Assembly: GCA_964522415.1 (NCBI GenBank)
Contig: CAZFVQ010000010.1
Coordinates: forward strand, 7,857-71,856
Source: an uncultured Rikenellaceae bacterium
GTDB taxonomy: Bacteria; Bacteroidota; Bacteroidia; Bacteroidales; VadinHA17
DNA length: 64,000 nt
Reading direction: 5' to 3'
Shown: piece after piece, positions 53,964-63,568 of the stretch
Layout: the number at the start of each line of letters is the position of its first letter
Numbering within the stretch: the stretch's first letter is position 1
The notes under the pieces: model-generated
Told to the model about the DNA's origin: nothing
Database searches by the model: none
The model's input: the letters and a program-made list of their open reading frames with translations, nothing else
Position numbers and translations under genes: made by a program

Positions 53964-56195
53964 ATGGACATCATAAAAACCATAATGCAGCACAAACAGG
54001 TTTGCACTTTCGCCTCACGAAAGAAAATCAAGCAAAGTCTTGATATCCTGTCTGAAATGCTTAATAATGCTGCCTCAGGATATCTGCGGGATGAGTATGA
54101 CAACCTGGTCATGACCTACAGGAATATGCTTTCCTATACCATCGAAGGAATCAGGGATCCGGAAAGGAATAAAATATATCTGAAACTTATTCAGTCAATC
54201 CTCAAGCTTTCCGACCGGGTCAGACAAGACATATTGTCACATAATTCCGGATGGAACACATACTGGCTCAAGCAACAGGCTGAAAGGGAACAGAAACTTT
54301 CAGGCAAAACGATTGTCGAGACAGTTGATGACCTGATGTTCAAATCGGAACTTGACGAATGGCTCAGACTCAGCAGCGAAATAAATCCTGATCCCGAATC
54401 AGATATCGCAATAATACACAAAAAGCTTATAAAAAATATTTTCAATCACCTGTGGCTTGCCGATTATTATGGAGAAGCCGAAGAAAGCCTGATCAACATC
54501 ATACTTAATTCCGGGAAATTCAGGTGGTATGAATCGAGTATTTTCATTACCGCCATAACACTCAGCTCCTTAAGAACATGGCAGACTGAAAAGCTTCTCT
54601 GGCTGGCAAGGATTTACAGATCCGGACAGGAACAGGTGATGGAAAGAGCATTGTCGGGTCTTCTGCTGAATCTGCACTATCATAACGACAGAGTAATGCT
54701 CTATCCTGAAGTCACAGAAACAATTCAAAACCTGACAAATCTGCCGGGATTCAGGGAGCACTGCAGGCTGATTGTCCTTCAGATAATCAGGTCACGCGAA
54801 ACAGAAAGACTGAGTCGCCGCCTGCATGATGAAATACTGCCCCAGGTAGCCAAACTCCGGCCCGGGATAGAGGAAAAACTTGATCTCAACAATATCCTTC
54901 CAGGCGATAAGAATGAGGGAAAGAATCCCGACTGGTCAGCTGTATTCAGCGATGCGGATGAAATATACAAGACCATGGAAGAGCTTACCAACCTTCAAAT
55001 GGAAGGAGCAGATGTTTACATGTCGGCTTTTGCCAATTTGAAGAATTTCGATTTTTTTCGGGACATCCAGAACTGGTTTATGCCATTTCATCCTGATCAT
55101 GAAGTGGTTGAGGAAATTTTCCGGGATGATATCCTTGGTCAGGGTACAAATGAACTGGCCGAAGCAATGTACAAAACACCTTTTATCTGCAATTCAGACA
55201 AGTTCTCACTCATCCTGAATCTCAAATTCCTTCCGGCAACCCAGAAAAATATGATGCTCAAGGTATTCAGAATGGAATTTGAGGGACTTCAGCAATTTAA
55301 TGAAGATGATTTCCTGACTGACCCCAACAGGAGTTTTCGGATCAACATGACTCAGTACCTTCAGGATATTTACAGATTCTTCAAACTGTCACCGTATAAA
55401 AAAGAATTTGAAGATATTTTTACCGGGAAGCTGGATATTTATAATTCTCATTTTTTCCGCCTTTCCTGTGATACTAAAGAAGTGGAAGCCGGTCTGGCGG
55501 ATTATTTTTTCAATAAGGATTTTTATGAAGACGCTCTTATTCTTTACCTTAGAAGGTTAGAAACCAAATCCGATGATGCACAGCTTTATGAAAAAACAGC
55601 CTATTGCTATCAGGAAAACGGAAACTACAGGGAAGCCCTCAGATATTATAAAAAAGCGGAGCTCATTGACAGGAAGGCATGGACCCTCAAAAAAACAGGA
55701 TTGTGTCTGAGACGTCTGAATAAAAATGAAGAAGCACTGGAATATTATATTCAGGCTGGTGATATGGAACCTGAGAATCTGCATACGACAATGATGATTG
55801 GCCATTGTTACCTTGATCTCAGGCAATATGAAAATGCCCTGAATTATTATTTCAGGATTGAGTACGAGGATCCGGGCAATCTGAAAATCCTGCGGCCGAT
55901 TGCATACTGTTACCTTGCCCTGGGCCGCTTTGAGGAATCAGAAAAATACTATGAACTTCTTTCTGCCGGAAAGCTTAATGCCCATGACCTAATCAATATG
56001 GGGCATCTTGCCCTCGCCAGGGGCAGAAAGAAGGAAGCAATTGAACTTTACAGAAGAAGTATCCTGAGCGGCGAAATAAGCAAGAAAAAGTTCATTGCAA
56101 TTTTCTCAGAAGATCAGAACCAGCTGATCTCATTGGGCGTCAATGCTGACGACCTTCCTATTCTACTTGATTATCTGCTACTTATTCTTGAATGA
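53964..56195 (+). CDS. Large cytoplasmic TPR-repeat protein with ~500-aa uncharacterised N-terminal region
   Basis: TPR-like repeats occupy the last ~230 aa (YEKTAYCYQENGNYREALRYYKKA, MIGHCYLDLRQYENALNYYFRI, ...). I moved the start to ATG 53964 (MDIIKT...) because the ORF-track ATG 53937 lies inside the terminator stem. Confidence 0.7.
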   Translation: MDIIKTIMQHKQVCTFASRKKIKQSLDILSEMLNNAASGYLRDEYDNLVMTYRNMLSYTIEGIRDPERNKIYLKLIQSILKLSDRVRQDILSHNSGWNTYWLKQQAEREQKLSGKTIVETVDDLMFKSELDEWLRLSSEINPDPESDIAIIHKKLIKNIFNHLWLADYYGEAEESLINIILNSGKFRWYESSIFITAITLSSLRTWQTEKLLWLARIYRSGQEQVMERALSGLLLNLHYHNDRVMLYPEVTETIQNLTNLPGFREHCRLIVLQIIRSRETERLSRRLHDEILPQVAKLRPGIEEKLDLNNILPGDKNEGKNPDWSAVFSDADEIYKTMEELTNLQMEGADVYMSAFANLKNFDFFRDIQNWFMPFHPDHEVVEEIFRDDILGQGTNELAEAMYKTPFICNSDKFSLILNLKFLPATQKNMMLKVFRMEFEGLQQFNEDDFLTDPNRSFRINMTQYLQDIYRFFKLSPYKKEFEDIFTGKLDIYNSHFFRLSCDTKEVEAGLADYFFNKDFYEDALILYLRRLETKSDDAQLYEKTAYCYQENGNYREALRYYKKAELIDRKAWTLKKTGLCLRRLNKNEEALEYYIQAGDMEPENLHTTMMIGHCYLDLRQYENALNYYFRIEYEDPGNLKILRPIAYCYLALGRFEESEKYYELLSAGKLNAHDLINMGHLALARGRKKEAIELYRRSILSGEISKKKFIAIFSEDQNQLISLGVNADDLPILLDYLLLILE

Positions 56196-56207
56196 TGATT
56201 CGGGATC

Positions 56208-56714
56208 CTAAGAAGGGGCAACAGCTTTTCCCTCCTGGGAAAACTGCCGGTTTCCTGGAAGGATCCGGCCGGAATCATCGAACTGCCTGCCTCTTCTTTC
56301 ACCCGCTCCTGAGTCCTGATACCGGACAGAATCATGCCTGTGCTTTCTCCTGGCATCTCTGATCATTTTTTCCCGCCTTTCATCCATCTCCCTTAACCTG
56401 GAAATCTGTTCCTTTGTAAGTTTTGAATCTATCTCCTTCCGGAAGGCCCTCATGTTGGAATCTGCCTCTTTCCAGAAGTATTCCTGAAGTTCCCTGTTTA
56501 TTTTGTTGTATTTGTCGAGAACCTTGTCCAGTTCTGTTTTCTGCTTCTCATCAGGCTGTACAATCTTGTAAAACCCTTCTCTGAATTTTTCATCTGAAAA
56601 ATAGAACCTCACCGGTTGAAGCCTGTTCAGTCTCAGTTGTGCCGAAGTAAGCATGCCCAGTACAAAGCCTATGACGAGAGTCAGAACAACGAGAATTATC
56701 GGTTTTGCTTTCAT
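56208..56714 (-). CDS. Periplasmic LTxxQ-motif (Spy/CpxP-like) protein
   Basis: I placed the start at MKAKPIILVVLTLVIGFVLGML (complement of 56712-56714). It has the LTxxQ motif KLTKEQISRL and a basic, helical composition. It is the third gene of the ECF sigma string. Confidence 0.6.
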   Translation of the reverse strand: MKAKPIILVVLTLVIGFVLGMLTSAQLRLNRLQPVRFYFSDEKFREGFYKIVQPDEKQKTELDKVLDKYNKINRELQEYFWKEADSNMRAFRKEIDSKLTKEQISRLREMDERREKMIRDARRKHRHDSVRYQDSGAGERRGRQFDDSGRILPGNRQFSQEGKAVAPS

Positions 56715-56724
56715 ATTTTCGGAA

Positions 56725-57078
56725 TTAATTACCCGTAAGCAGGTATACAATACTTTCACCATAGGTATCTGTGATACCCAGGAATGAATTTATCGAAAGC
56801 GAACCCTCCATAATGAAAATCGAAATAAGAAGCAGTATAATGGCGGCTACTCCCGTAAATGCGATCCTGTAAAATACCGAACTCAGACTTGTTACAAAGT
56901 CCGGCTCGACTGGAATCACCCTGCCCTGACCGAATAATTTTTCTGACAGTCTGGCTGCAAAATCATTCCCGAAATCATATGATACTCCCGCATCTTCCAG
57001 CTGCCTGGCAATGTCTGCCGCATCAGCTCCGGGATCCAGAGACCTGATCATCAGTTGTTTTATATCCGGACGTTTCAT
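56725..57078 (-). CDS. Small membrane protein, putative anti-sigma factor by position
   Basis: 117 aa with a single TM (FYRIAFTGVAAIILLLISIFIM). It begins 5 nt after the ECF sigma stop. I see no recognisable zinc-finger anti-sigma motif. Confidence 0.4.
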   Translation of the reverse strand: MKRPDIKQLMIRSLDPGADAADIARQLEDAGVSYDFGNDFAARLSEKLFGQGRVIPVEPDFVTSLSSVFYRIAFTGVAAIILLLISIFIMEGSLSINSFLGITDTYGESIVYLLTGN

Positions 57079-57083
57079 AATAT

Positions 57084-57641
57084 CTATAATTTTTCAATGA
57101 TTTTTTTCATTTGTTCCTGTGCCCTGGAAAGCCTTGACAAAACCGTTCCTACCGGAAGTTCAAGTATTTCTGCTGTTTCCCTGGTGGAATACCCCTGAAG
57201 CATCCTCATCGTCACAACAATTCTGAATTTCGGATCAAGATTTTTCAGGGCTTTGTTTACAATTTCTCCTGCTTCACGCCTTCCCTCACAACTTCCATCT
57301 GGAATATCTATTTCATACATTTCGTCATTGCCCTTTTGTATGAACAGGGAAAAGAACCTTTTCCTTCTTTTTATCTCATTCAGTGTAAGGTTAACCGCAA
57401 TTCTCTGTATGTAGGTTGCCAGTTTTGATTCCCCCCTGAATTCACCAAGAGAATGATAAAGCTTTACAAATACTTCCTGACCAATGTCTTCTGCATATAT
57501 CGTATCTCCAAGCATGCCTTTGATTGTACGTGCAACCATTTTGCGGTACCTGTTAACAATTTCCCCGAATGCAAGCTCGTCATTCCCGAGAACAGCCTTT
57601 ATAAGTTCGGTCTCGTCAGCCTTGCTGTACGGTACTTTCAT
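57084..57641 (-). CDS. ECF-type RNA polymerase sigma-70 family factor
   Basis: Region 2 is DIGQEVFVKLYHSL and region 4 is the HTH GYSTRETAEILELPVGTVLSRLSRA. I placed the start at MKVPYSK (complement of 57639-57641). Confidence 0.88.
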   Translation of the reverse strand: MKVPYSKADETELIKAVLGNDELAFGEIVNRYRKMVARTIKGMLGDTIYAEDIGQEVFVKLYHSLGEFRGESKLATYIQRIAVNLTLNEIKRRKRFFSLFIQKGNDEMYEIDIPDGSCEGRREAGEIVNKALKNLDPKFRIVVTMRMLQGYSTRETAEILELPVGTVLSRLSRAQEQMKKIIEKL

Positions 57642-57742
57642 TGTTATCCTTTTAATAGACAATATTGAAGGGAAAAATATTCCCGATTGTTAATTTTTAT
57701 TAACATAAAAATGCTGACCGGCTGATAATCATGAATTCATCA

Positions 57743-59857
57743 CTATTTCCGGTATACCGGTTCACCGGTTTCCGGAATTATTTCATAATCAGTTGTGTAT
57801 TTTACCCTGTAAAGTTTATAGTTTTCGAATCCGTCATCCGTGCTTTTCCTTCTGAAATCAAATTCCGTCTGAAGAAGATCGGGATTATGCATCCAGGGAT
57901 TCGAAAGGAAATCCCTGCCGTGTATGGCCAGTCCGCTCAGGAAATAATAGGTAAGGTCATAACCGATCCATGCATAGCTCATTTCAGATGGTTCAGTCAG
58001 AAATTTTCTTCTGAACTCCGTAGTGAATCTCATTACATCTGCTTCTGAATAATCTATCCAGAAAGGAGAAAAAACAAGTACTCCAAGTTCAAAAATGAAT
58101 TTGGGATCAAGGTTTTCAATTCCTCTCATTGAGGGATACCCAAGGATTCTGACAGGATATTTTTTTGACAGTGAATGTATTTCCTGCAGGGATTCACTTA
58201 CCACGGGATCATCTTCCGAGGCAATAATAATCAGGTTTTCCGACCTGGCGGAAAGTGCATTCTCCAGTCTTTTTACCGAGTCGCTGTTAAAGGCGGATCT
58301 GCTGTAAAAAGTCAATTCCCTGAATCTGATTTCACTCCTGGGGATTCTGCTGCTCAGTTCAGATATTATCTTTTGCCTGAAGCGAATGACATCCGTGTCA
58401 TTCCTTGCAGTATCCGCATGAATGAATATAAAATTATTAAGATAATAGTCGCTTGCTTCCTTTGCTATCGCATCCTGTGCAACCTCCAGGGATGCATTTG
58501 CCATAAAGAGCAGGGGATTATTGACCAGCGCAGAATTATTCATAAGTCTGACGGGTGACACTACCGGAATATTTATTTTACGGGCATATTCTGACACGAT
58601 TGCCAGATTCCGCGAATAAACCGGGCCGATTATCAGGTCCATTCCTGCAAGCTGACCCCGGTTTATCAGTCTTGTCACTTCAACAGTATCACTTTTGATA
58701 TCAAATGCATGAAGATTAATATTCAAACCAAGGGAACGAAGGGTATCAACTGCCAGCAGAATCCCCTGGTACATTTCAACAAAACCGGCACTCCGGTAGT
58801 ATATCCAGTCTTCAAGCCTCTTCACCGGCCGGTAAGTAACCTTACCCTTAACATACTTTGAGGAATCGATTTCCATTCTGATGGCATTCTCTGCAAGATA
58901 GAAAGGCAGAAGAACAGCAATATTGAAGGTGCCCGCCAGATTGCTTACCTCCGTATACCCCTCCGGTTTCCCGTAAACGATGACAGTATCCGCCGGCTCA
59001 ACACCAGTAACATCCGCGGCAGGCTGCTCAAGCTCCGCTATCTGAAATTTTATCCTTCCCGACTCTGGTATTCTGAGATAATCTCCAACCTGGGGGAATT
59101 TGACATTCCGGTTTTCACGCCTCAGTTCCCTGAGTGTAACACCGTACTTTTCAGCTATTGATGCAAGAGATTCTCCTGCTTCAACCTTATGAAACATATA
59201 TCTGCTGTCCTGTACCATCCTGCTGTCCTGTACCATCCTGCTGTCCTGCATCTTTTCAGCTTCCCCGGGTGCCCGGTTGTCCCGGATCATTTTGGTATCC
59301 TGTGGCGTTCCGGCATCTTTTAGCGGCTGTGTTTCCCCGCCGGTCATGACCTTCCTTTTCGGAACAGCTATTTCAGAATAGACCGGGAGCCTTGAAATGT
59401 CGATACCCGGATTTGCTGCCAGTATATCCTCTTCAGTAACATCATATAATTTTGACAATGAATAAACAGTCTGGCCCGGTTGAATCCTGTGATAATGAAA
59501 TGCCGATTCATTCCTTGGCAGAACCGGCTGGTCACCGGGTAGCGGGGATTCCGGGGCAGCTTCCCTCACCGGGATCTTCAGCAACTGTCCTTCCCTGAGG
59601 CCGGCGGCTGCAGATGGATTTTCCAGATTGAGTTCCTCCAGGGTGACATTGTAAGCCTTTGATATGGAATATGCAGTTTCTCCTTTCTTAATCAGGTGGA
59701 TATAATACTGGGTTCCGGATATTATCACTTTATCCTTCGATCTCTCAATTATCATCTGTGCAAAAATATCTGCAGAAGCAAGAAAAAGGATAACAATGAT
59801 TGTTGTCAGATATAATCTAAAATGTACTTTAAGATTCATTATGAGATAATTATTCAT
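57743..59857 (-). CDS. LysM-repeat protein fused to a periplasmic-binding-protein (type 1 PBP / Leu-Ile-Val-binding-like) domain
   Basis: It has three LysM-like modules (e.g. YIHLIKKGETAYSISKAYNVTLEELNLENP, YHRIQPGQTVYSLSKLYDVTEEDILAANPG, FHKVEAGESLASIAEKYGVTLRELRRENR) followed by a ~400-aa PBP-like region. The start is uncertain by a few codons. Confidence 0.75.
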   Translation of the reverse strand: MNNYLIMNLKVHFRLYLTTIIVILFLASADIFAQMIIERSKDKVIISGTQYYIHLIKKGETAYSISKAYNVTLEELNLENPSAAAGLREGQLLKIPVREAAPESPLPGDQPVLPRNESAFHYHRIQPGQTVYSLSKLYDVTEEDILAANPGIDISRLPVYSEIAVPKRKVMTGGETQPLKDAGTPQDTKMIRDNRAPGEAEKMQDSRMVQDSRMVQDSRYMFHKVEAGESLASIAEKYGVTLRELRRENRNVKFPQVGDYLRIPESGRIKFQIAELEQPAADVTGVEPADTVIVYGKPEGYTEVSNLAGTFNIAVLLPFYLAENAIRMEIDSSKYVKGKVTYRPVKRLEDWIYYRSAGFVEMYQGILLAVDTLRSLGLNINLHAFDIKSDTVEVTRLINRGQLAGMDLIIGPVYSRNLAIVSEYARKINIPVVSPVRLMNNSALVNNPLLFMANASLEVAQDAIAKEASDYYLNNFIFIHADTARNDTDVIRFRQKIISELSSRIPRSEIRFRELTFYSRSAFNSDSVKRLENALSARSENLIIIASEDDPVVSESLQEIHSLSKKYPVRILGYPSMRGIENLDPKFIFELGVLVFSPFWIDYSEADVMRFTTEFRRKFLTEPSEMSYAWIGYDLTYYFLSGLAIHGRDFLSNPWMHNPDLLQTEFDFRRKSTDDGFENYKLYRVKYTTDYEIIPETGEPVYRK
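59203..59249 (-). repeat. Perfect in-frame 18-bp tandem repeat, 2.6 copies (encodes DSRMVQ repeats)
   Basis: tgctgtcctgtaccatcc occurs at 59203-59220 and 59221-59238, with a partial third copy at 59239-59249. It lies inside the LysM-PBP gene linker. Confidence 0.9.
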
Positions 59858-59932
59858 TATGATATCACTGTAAAGTTAGCAGATAATTCAAAACCCTTGT
59901 TAAAAACCGCCTGCAGTATCATGCCTTGTGAT

Positions 59933-60901
59933 TTATATTTCCTTTTCTGTATTGTCGTTTTCTTCTTCTTCATAAGCTTTTACAATCCGCCTGACAAGTT
60001 TATGACGCACGATATCCCTTTCATCAAATTTTATTACTGACACACCTTCAATTCCCTTCAGTATCCTTATTGCCTGAAGAAGTCCCGACTCACCCTTTTT
60101 CGGAAGATCGATCTGGGTTGTATCACCGGTCAGTATGAATTTTGAATTTACTCCCATCCTGGTCAGAAACATTTTCAACTGACTGACGGTGGCATTCTGG
60201 GCTTCATCCAGAATAACAAATGCGCTTTCAAGTGTTCTGCCGCGCATGAATGCCAGGGGAGCTATCTGAACAGTACCGTCTTCAAGCCAGGTCTCCAGTT
60301 TCCTGAACGGAATCATGTCATGAAGGGCATCATACAAGGGCTGTAGATAGGGATCCAGCTTTTCCTTCATGTCACCCGGGAGAAATCCCAGCCTCTCTCC
60401 CGCTTCCACAGCCGGCCGCGTAAGTATAATCTTTTTTACCTCCTTCTCCTTGAGTGCCCTTACAGCCAGAGCAATTGAAGTATATGTCTTTCCTGTGCCT
60501 GCCGGCCCTTCAGCAATGATCAGATCGTTATTAGCATAATCGTTCACAAGCAACAGCTGATTCACAGTCCGTACCCTAACAGGCTTTCCGCTGGTGCCAA
60601 AAACCAGAACCTTTTCAAAATCACCGCTTGCCGCACTTTTCATATACCCGGAATCCGTCAGGTATTTTTCAAGATCCTGTTCTTCAATACGATTGTATTT
60701 ACGGTAGTAGTCAAGTAATTCATTGAATCTCGCAGCAAACAGCATTATTTCTGACTCTTCACCAAGGCATTTTATTTCATTTCCCCTGGACAGAATTTTA
60801 ATTTTAGGAAAAAATGTCCGGATCTTGTCAAGCAATAAATTGTTGGTGCCAAAAAAAACGACCGGATCAATATCTTCAAGAAAAATTACTATTTCCGTCA
60901 T
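59933..60901 (-). CDS. phoH: PhoH-family ATPase
   Basis: 322 aa with Walker A GPAGTGKTY and Walker B FVILDEAQN. PhoH-like character is present throughout. Confidence 0.92.
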   Translation of the reverse strand: MTEIVIFLEDIDPVVFFGTNNLLLDKIRTFFPKIKILSRGNEIKCLGEESEIMLFAARFNELLDYYRKYNRIEEQDLEKYLTDSGYMKSAASGDFEKVLVFGTSGKPVRVRTVNQLLLVNDYANNDLIIAEGPAGTGKTYTSIALAVRALKEKEVKKIILTRPAVEAGERLGFLPGDMKEKLDPYLQPLYDALHDMIPFRKLETWLEDGTVQIAPLAFMRGRTLESAFVILDEAQNATVSQLKMFLTRMGVNSKFILTGDTTQIDLPKKGESGLLQAIRILKGIEGVSVIKFDERDIVRHKLVRRIVKAYEEEENDNTEKEI

Positions 60902-61021
60902 TAATTATAATCTTTCATTTTCAATGGGCAATAAGTAATTATCAACTGCCGGCTCAGGGTAAAGTTCATAAATAATCATCACGGTGCCGATACAAAGTAA
61001 GTTTATTTTTCCATAGAAGCT

Positions 61022-61029
61022 TATCTTTG
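61022..61029 (+). promoter_or_regulatory. Candidate -7 promoter box (TAtcTTTG)
   Basis: tatctttg lies 18 nt upstream of ATG 61047 in the divergent phoH / DUF62 region. The same ttatctttg string occurs upstream of hcp. Confidence 0.35.
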
Positions 61030-61046
61030 TTTTAAGTTTTTTGGAT

Positions 61047-61841
61047 ATGCCGCTTGTTACTCTTACCACTGAATGGAAATCTGATGATATCTATACCGGA
61101 ATCATAAAGGGAAAGTTATCAAGCCTGTGCCCGGGTGTGATCATTATCGAAAACGCCGCCGGGATAGCGGCATTTGACATATTGCATGCTGCCTTTGTCG
61201 TCAGGAACACATATCTCAATTATCCGGGGGGCTCCGTTCACATAATATGCGTCCATTCCGAATCTGTAAACAAACAGGATCATCTCATAGTCAGAGCAAA
61301 GAATCATTTCTTCATCGGAACTGACAATGGGATTTTCAGTCTTATTCTCAACGGAGAACCTGATGAGATTATAAAAATAGATCACGACGAGGGTTCAGAT
61401 GAACTGGATATTTTTTCAAAAACAGCTTCCGCCCTTCTGTCGGGCAGAAATCCTTCCGAACTTGGAAAGCCTGCAGGGGAACTGACTGAACGCGTACCTC
61501 TCAGGGCTACAATTGAAAGTAATACCATTACCGGAAGTATTATCTTCATCGATTCCTATGGGAATGCCATATCGAACATTACCAGGGAGGTATTCCTCAG
61601 GATTTTTGAAAAAAACAATTACCGCATCCTGGTACAGAGCAATAAGAATTATACCGAACAGATTGTCAAAAAATACAGTGATGTGGCTGTCGGAGATCTT
61701 CTTACAAGATTCAATTCCCTCGGTCTTCTGGAAATAGCAATAAACGGAGCAAACATCTCGGAACTGTTAAGTCTTGCCATTGGAAGCGTGGTCAGAATAG
61801 AAAAGACCAATAAAACCACGTCTCCCGGCCATCTTTTTTAA
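61047..61841 (+). CDS. SAM hydrolase / SAM-dependent halogenase family (DUF62) protein
   Basis: Motifs: MPLVTLTTEWKSDDIYTGIIKGKL (compare the LLTDFG..D.YVG.MKG pattern) and IFIDSYGNAISNI. Confidence 0.8.
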   Translation: MPLVTLTTEWKSDDIYTGIIKGKLSSLCPGVIIIENAAGIAAFDILHAAFVVRNTYLNYPGGSVHIICVHSESVNKQDHLIVRAKNHFFIGTDNGIFSLILNGEPDEIIKIDHDEGSDELDIFSKTASALLSGRNPSELGKPAGELTERVPLRATIESNTITGSIIFIDSYGNAISNITREVFLRIFEKNNYRILVQSNKNYTEQIVKKYSDVAVGDLLTRFNSLGLLEIAINGANISELLSLAIGSVVRIEKTNKTTSPGHLF

Positions 61842-61853
61842 AATACTGCAATT

Positions 61854-62636
61854 ATGAACGACAAAAAAAATACTGTGAAGGAGTTTGAAAGACTCATGGA
61901 TATAATGGACAAATTAAGAAAGGCATGTCCCTGGGATATGAAGCAGACCAACGATACTCTTCGCAAACTGACCATAGAAGAAACCTACGAGCTGGCAGAT
62001 GCCATTATTTCCGCTGACAATGACGGAATAAGGAATGAGCTTGGAGACCTGATGCTTCATATCGTGTTTTATGCAAAAATAGGTTCCGAAAAAGCTGCCT
62101 TCAGCATGGAGGATGTTCTCAGGGGCATCAATGAGAAACTTATTTACAGGCATCCCCATGTTTTCAGCGAGGTTAGGGTTTCGGGGGCTGATGAGGTTGA
62201 GAAAAACTGGGAACATCTGAAGATAAGGGAAAACAACGGATACAAACCGGTTCTTTCAGGCGTTCCGCCTTCCCTCCCGTCAATGGTAAAAGCCAACAGG
62301 ATCCAGGAGAAAGTCAGGGGAGTGGGATTCGACTGGGAAAAGCCTGAACAGATCTGGGATAAAGTACTGGAGGAAATATCAGAGTTGAAAGATGAAATTG
62401 AAAAATATGACAGGGAGAAAATTGAATCAGAGATCGGGGATGTCATTTTTTCTGTAATCAATGCTTCCCGGCTGTACGGTATTGATCCGGAGGCAGCACT
62501 TGAAAAAACAAACAGAAAATTCATAAAAAGGTTCAATTATCTCGAGAAGGAAACTATTTCCAGGGGGAAATCACTGCATGACATGAGTCCCGGCGAGATG
62601 AACGAGATATGGGAAAGGGCCAAACAGAATGACTGA
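61854..62636 (+). CDS. mazG: Nucleoside triphosphate pyrophosphohydrolase MazG
   Basis: 260 aa with tandem MazG domains (CPWDMKQT...EETYELADAI, ...EEISELKDEI...IGDVIFSVIN). Confidence 0.9.
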   Translation: MNDKKNTVKEFERLMDIMDKLRKACPWDMKQTNDTLRKLTIEETYELADAIISADNDGIRNELGDLMLHIVFYAKIGSEKAAFSMEDVLRGINEKLIYRHPHVFSEVRVSGADEVEKNWEHLKIRENNGYKPVLSGVPPSLPSMVKANRIQEKVRGVGFDWEKPEQIWDKVLEEISELKDEIEKYDREKIESEIGDVIFSVINASRLYGIDPEAALEKTNRKFIKRFNYLEKETISRGKSLHDMSPGEMNEIWERAKQND

Positions 62637-62669
62637 TCCCGGAATAATCACCGGGGCATAGTGAAAATA

Positions 62670-63533
62670 TCAGGAATTTAAGGAGGAATTATCCTTCGAT
62701 GCAAATATATAGCTGAGAAGCTGGTAAATTATTTTTGCTGCAACAAAATCAGCTGCCTTATTCAGGGGTGAAGGGCATAATTCAACCACATCAAAACCAA
62801 CTATATTTCTTTTAAGTGCCACTTCCCTCAGAAAATGCATCAGCTGATAGTAGTCCGGTCCGCCTGGTTCAGGAGTACCGGTAGACGGCATGATTGAAGG
62901 ATCCAGTACATCCAGGTCAATTGTGATATAGACATTTTGGGAAAGAAGACCGAGTGCCTTGCCGTATAATTTCCTGTCGGCATACAATTCATGAGCAGGA
63001 AAGATCCTGTTCAGATCGGCATAGGGAAGCTCCTCTGCCGACATGCTCCGGATTCCGACCTGCACAACGGGAACCGATTCCCTGATCCTGGCCATGACAC
63101 AGGCATGATTATAGGGTGATCCCTGATATGTCTGCCTCAAATCTGCATGAGCATCAAGCTGAAGAACCGTCAGATTCTGATAATAACCGGCAAAGGCCTT
63201 CACTGATCCAATACTTACTGTGTGATTGCCGCCGATGAAAACAGGGAACTTTTTGTCGTTCAGCATTGACAGGGCTCTCTCATAAACAGCTTTTACAAGT
63301 AATTCCGGCGATCTTTTTTCAGTGACGGGGCTTAGGGTAAAAATTCCTCTTTCCCAGACTTCAGTACCTGTTTCGATATCATAAAATTCAAGGTTCGGTG
63401 AAGCCTCAAATATGGCATCCGGCCCCTTGTCGGAGCCTTTCATCCAGGTACTTGTTTCATCGTAGGGCACAGGTATTATTACAATTCCTGATTCAGCATA
63501 AGTGGAGATTATTTCCTGCCCTCCGAAATTCAT
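62670..63533 (-). CDS. speB: Agmatinase (arginase/ureohydrolase family)
   Basis: Mn-ligand motifs are GGNHTVS, LDAHADL and ITIDLDVLDPS. Confidence 0.88.
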   Translation of the reverse strand: MNFGGQEIISTYAESGIVIIPVPYDETSTWMKGSDKGPDAIFEASPNLEFYDIETGTEVWERGIFTLSPVTEKRSPELLVKAVYERALSMLNDKKFPVFIGGNHTVSIGSVKAFAGYYQNLTVLQLDAHADLRQTYQGSPYNHACVMARIRESVPVVQVGIRSMSAEELPYADLNRIFPAHELYADRKLYGKALGLLSQNVYITIDLDVLDPSIMPSTGTPEPGGPDYYQLMHFLREVALKRNIVGFDVVELCPSPLNKAADFVAAKIIYQLLSYIFASKDNSSLNS

Positions 63534-63568
63534 TTTTCTGATATTGTTTTATTGGTTTAGGGATACTG

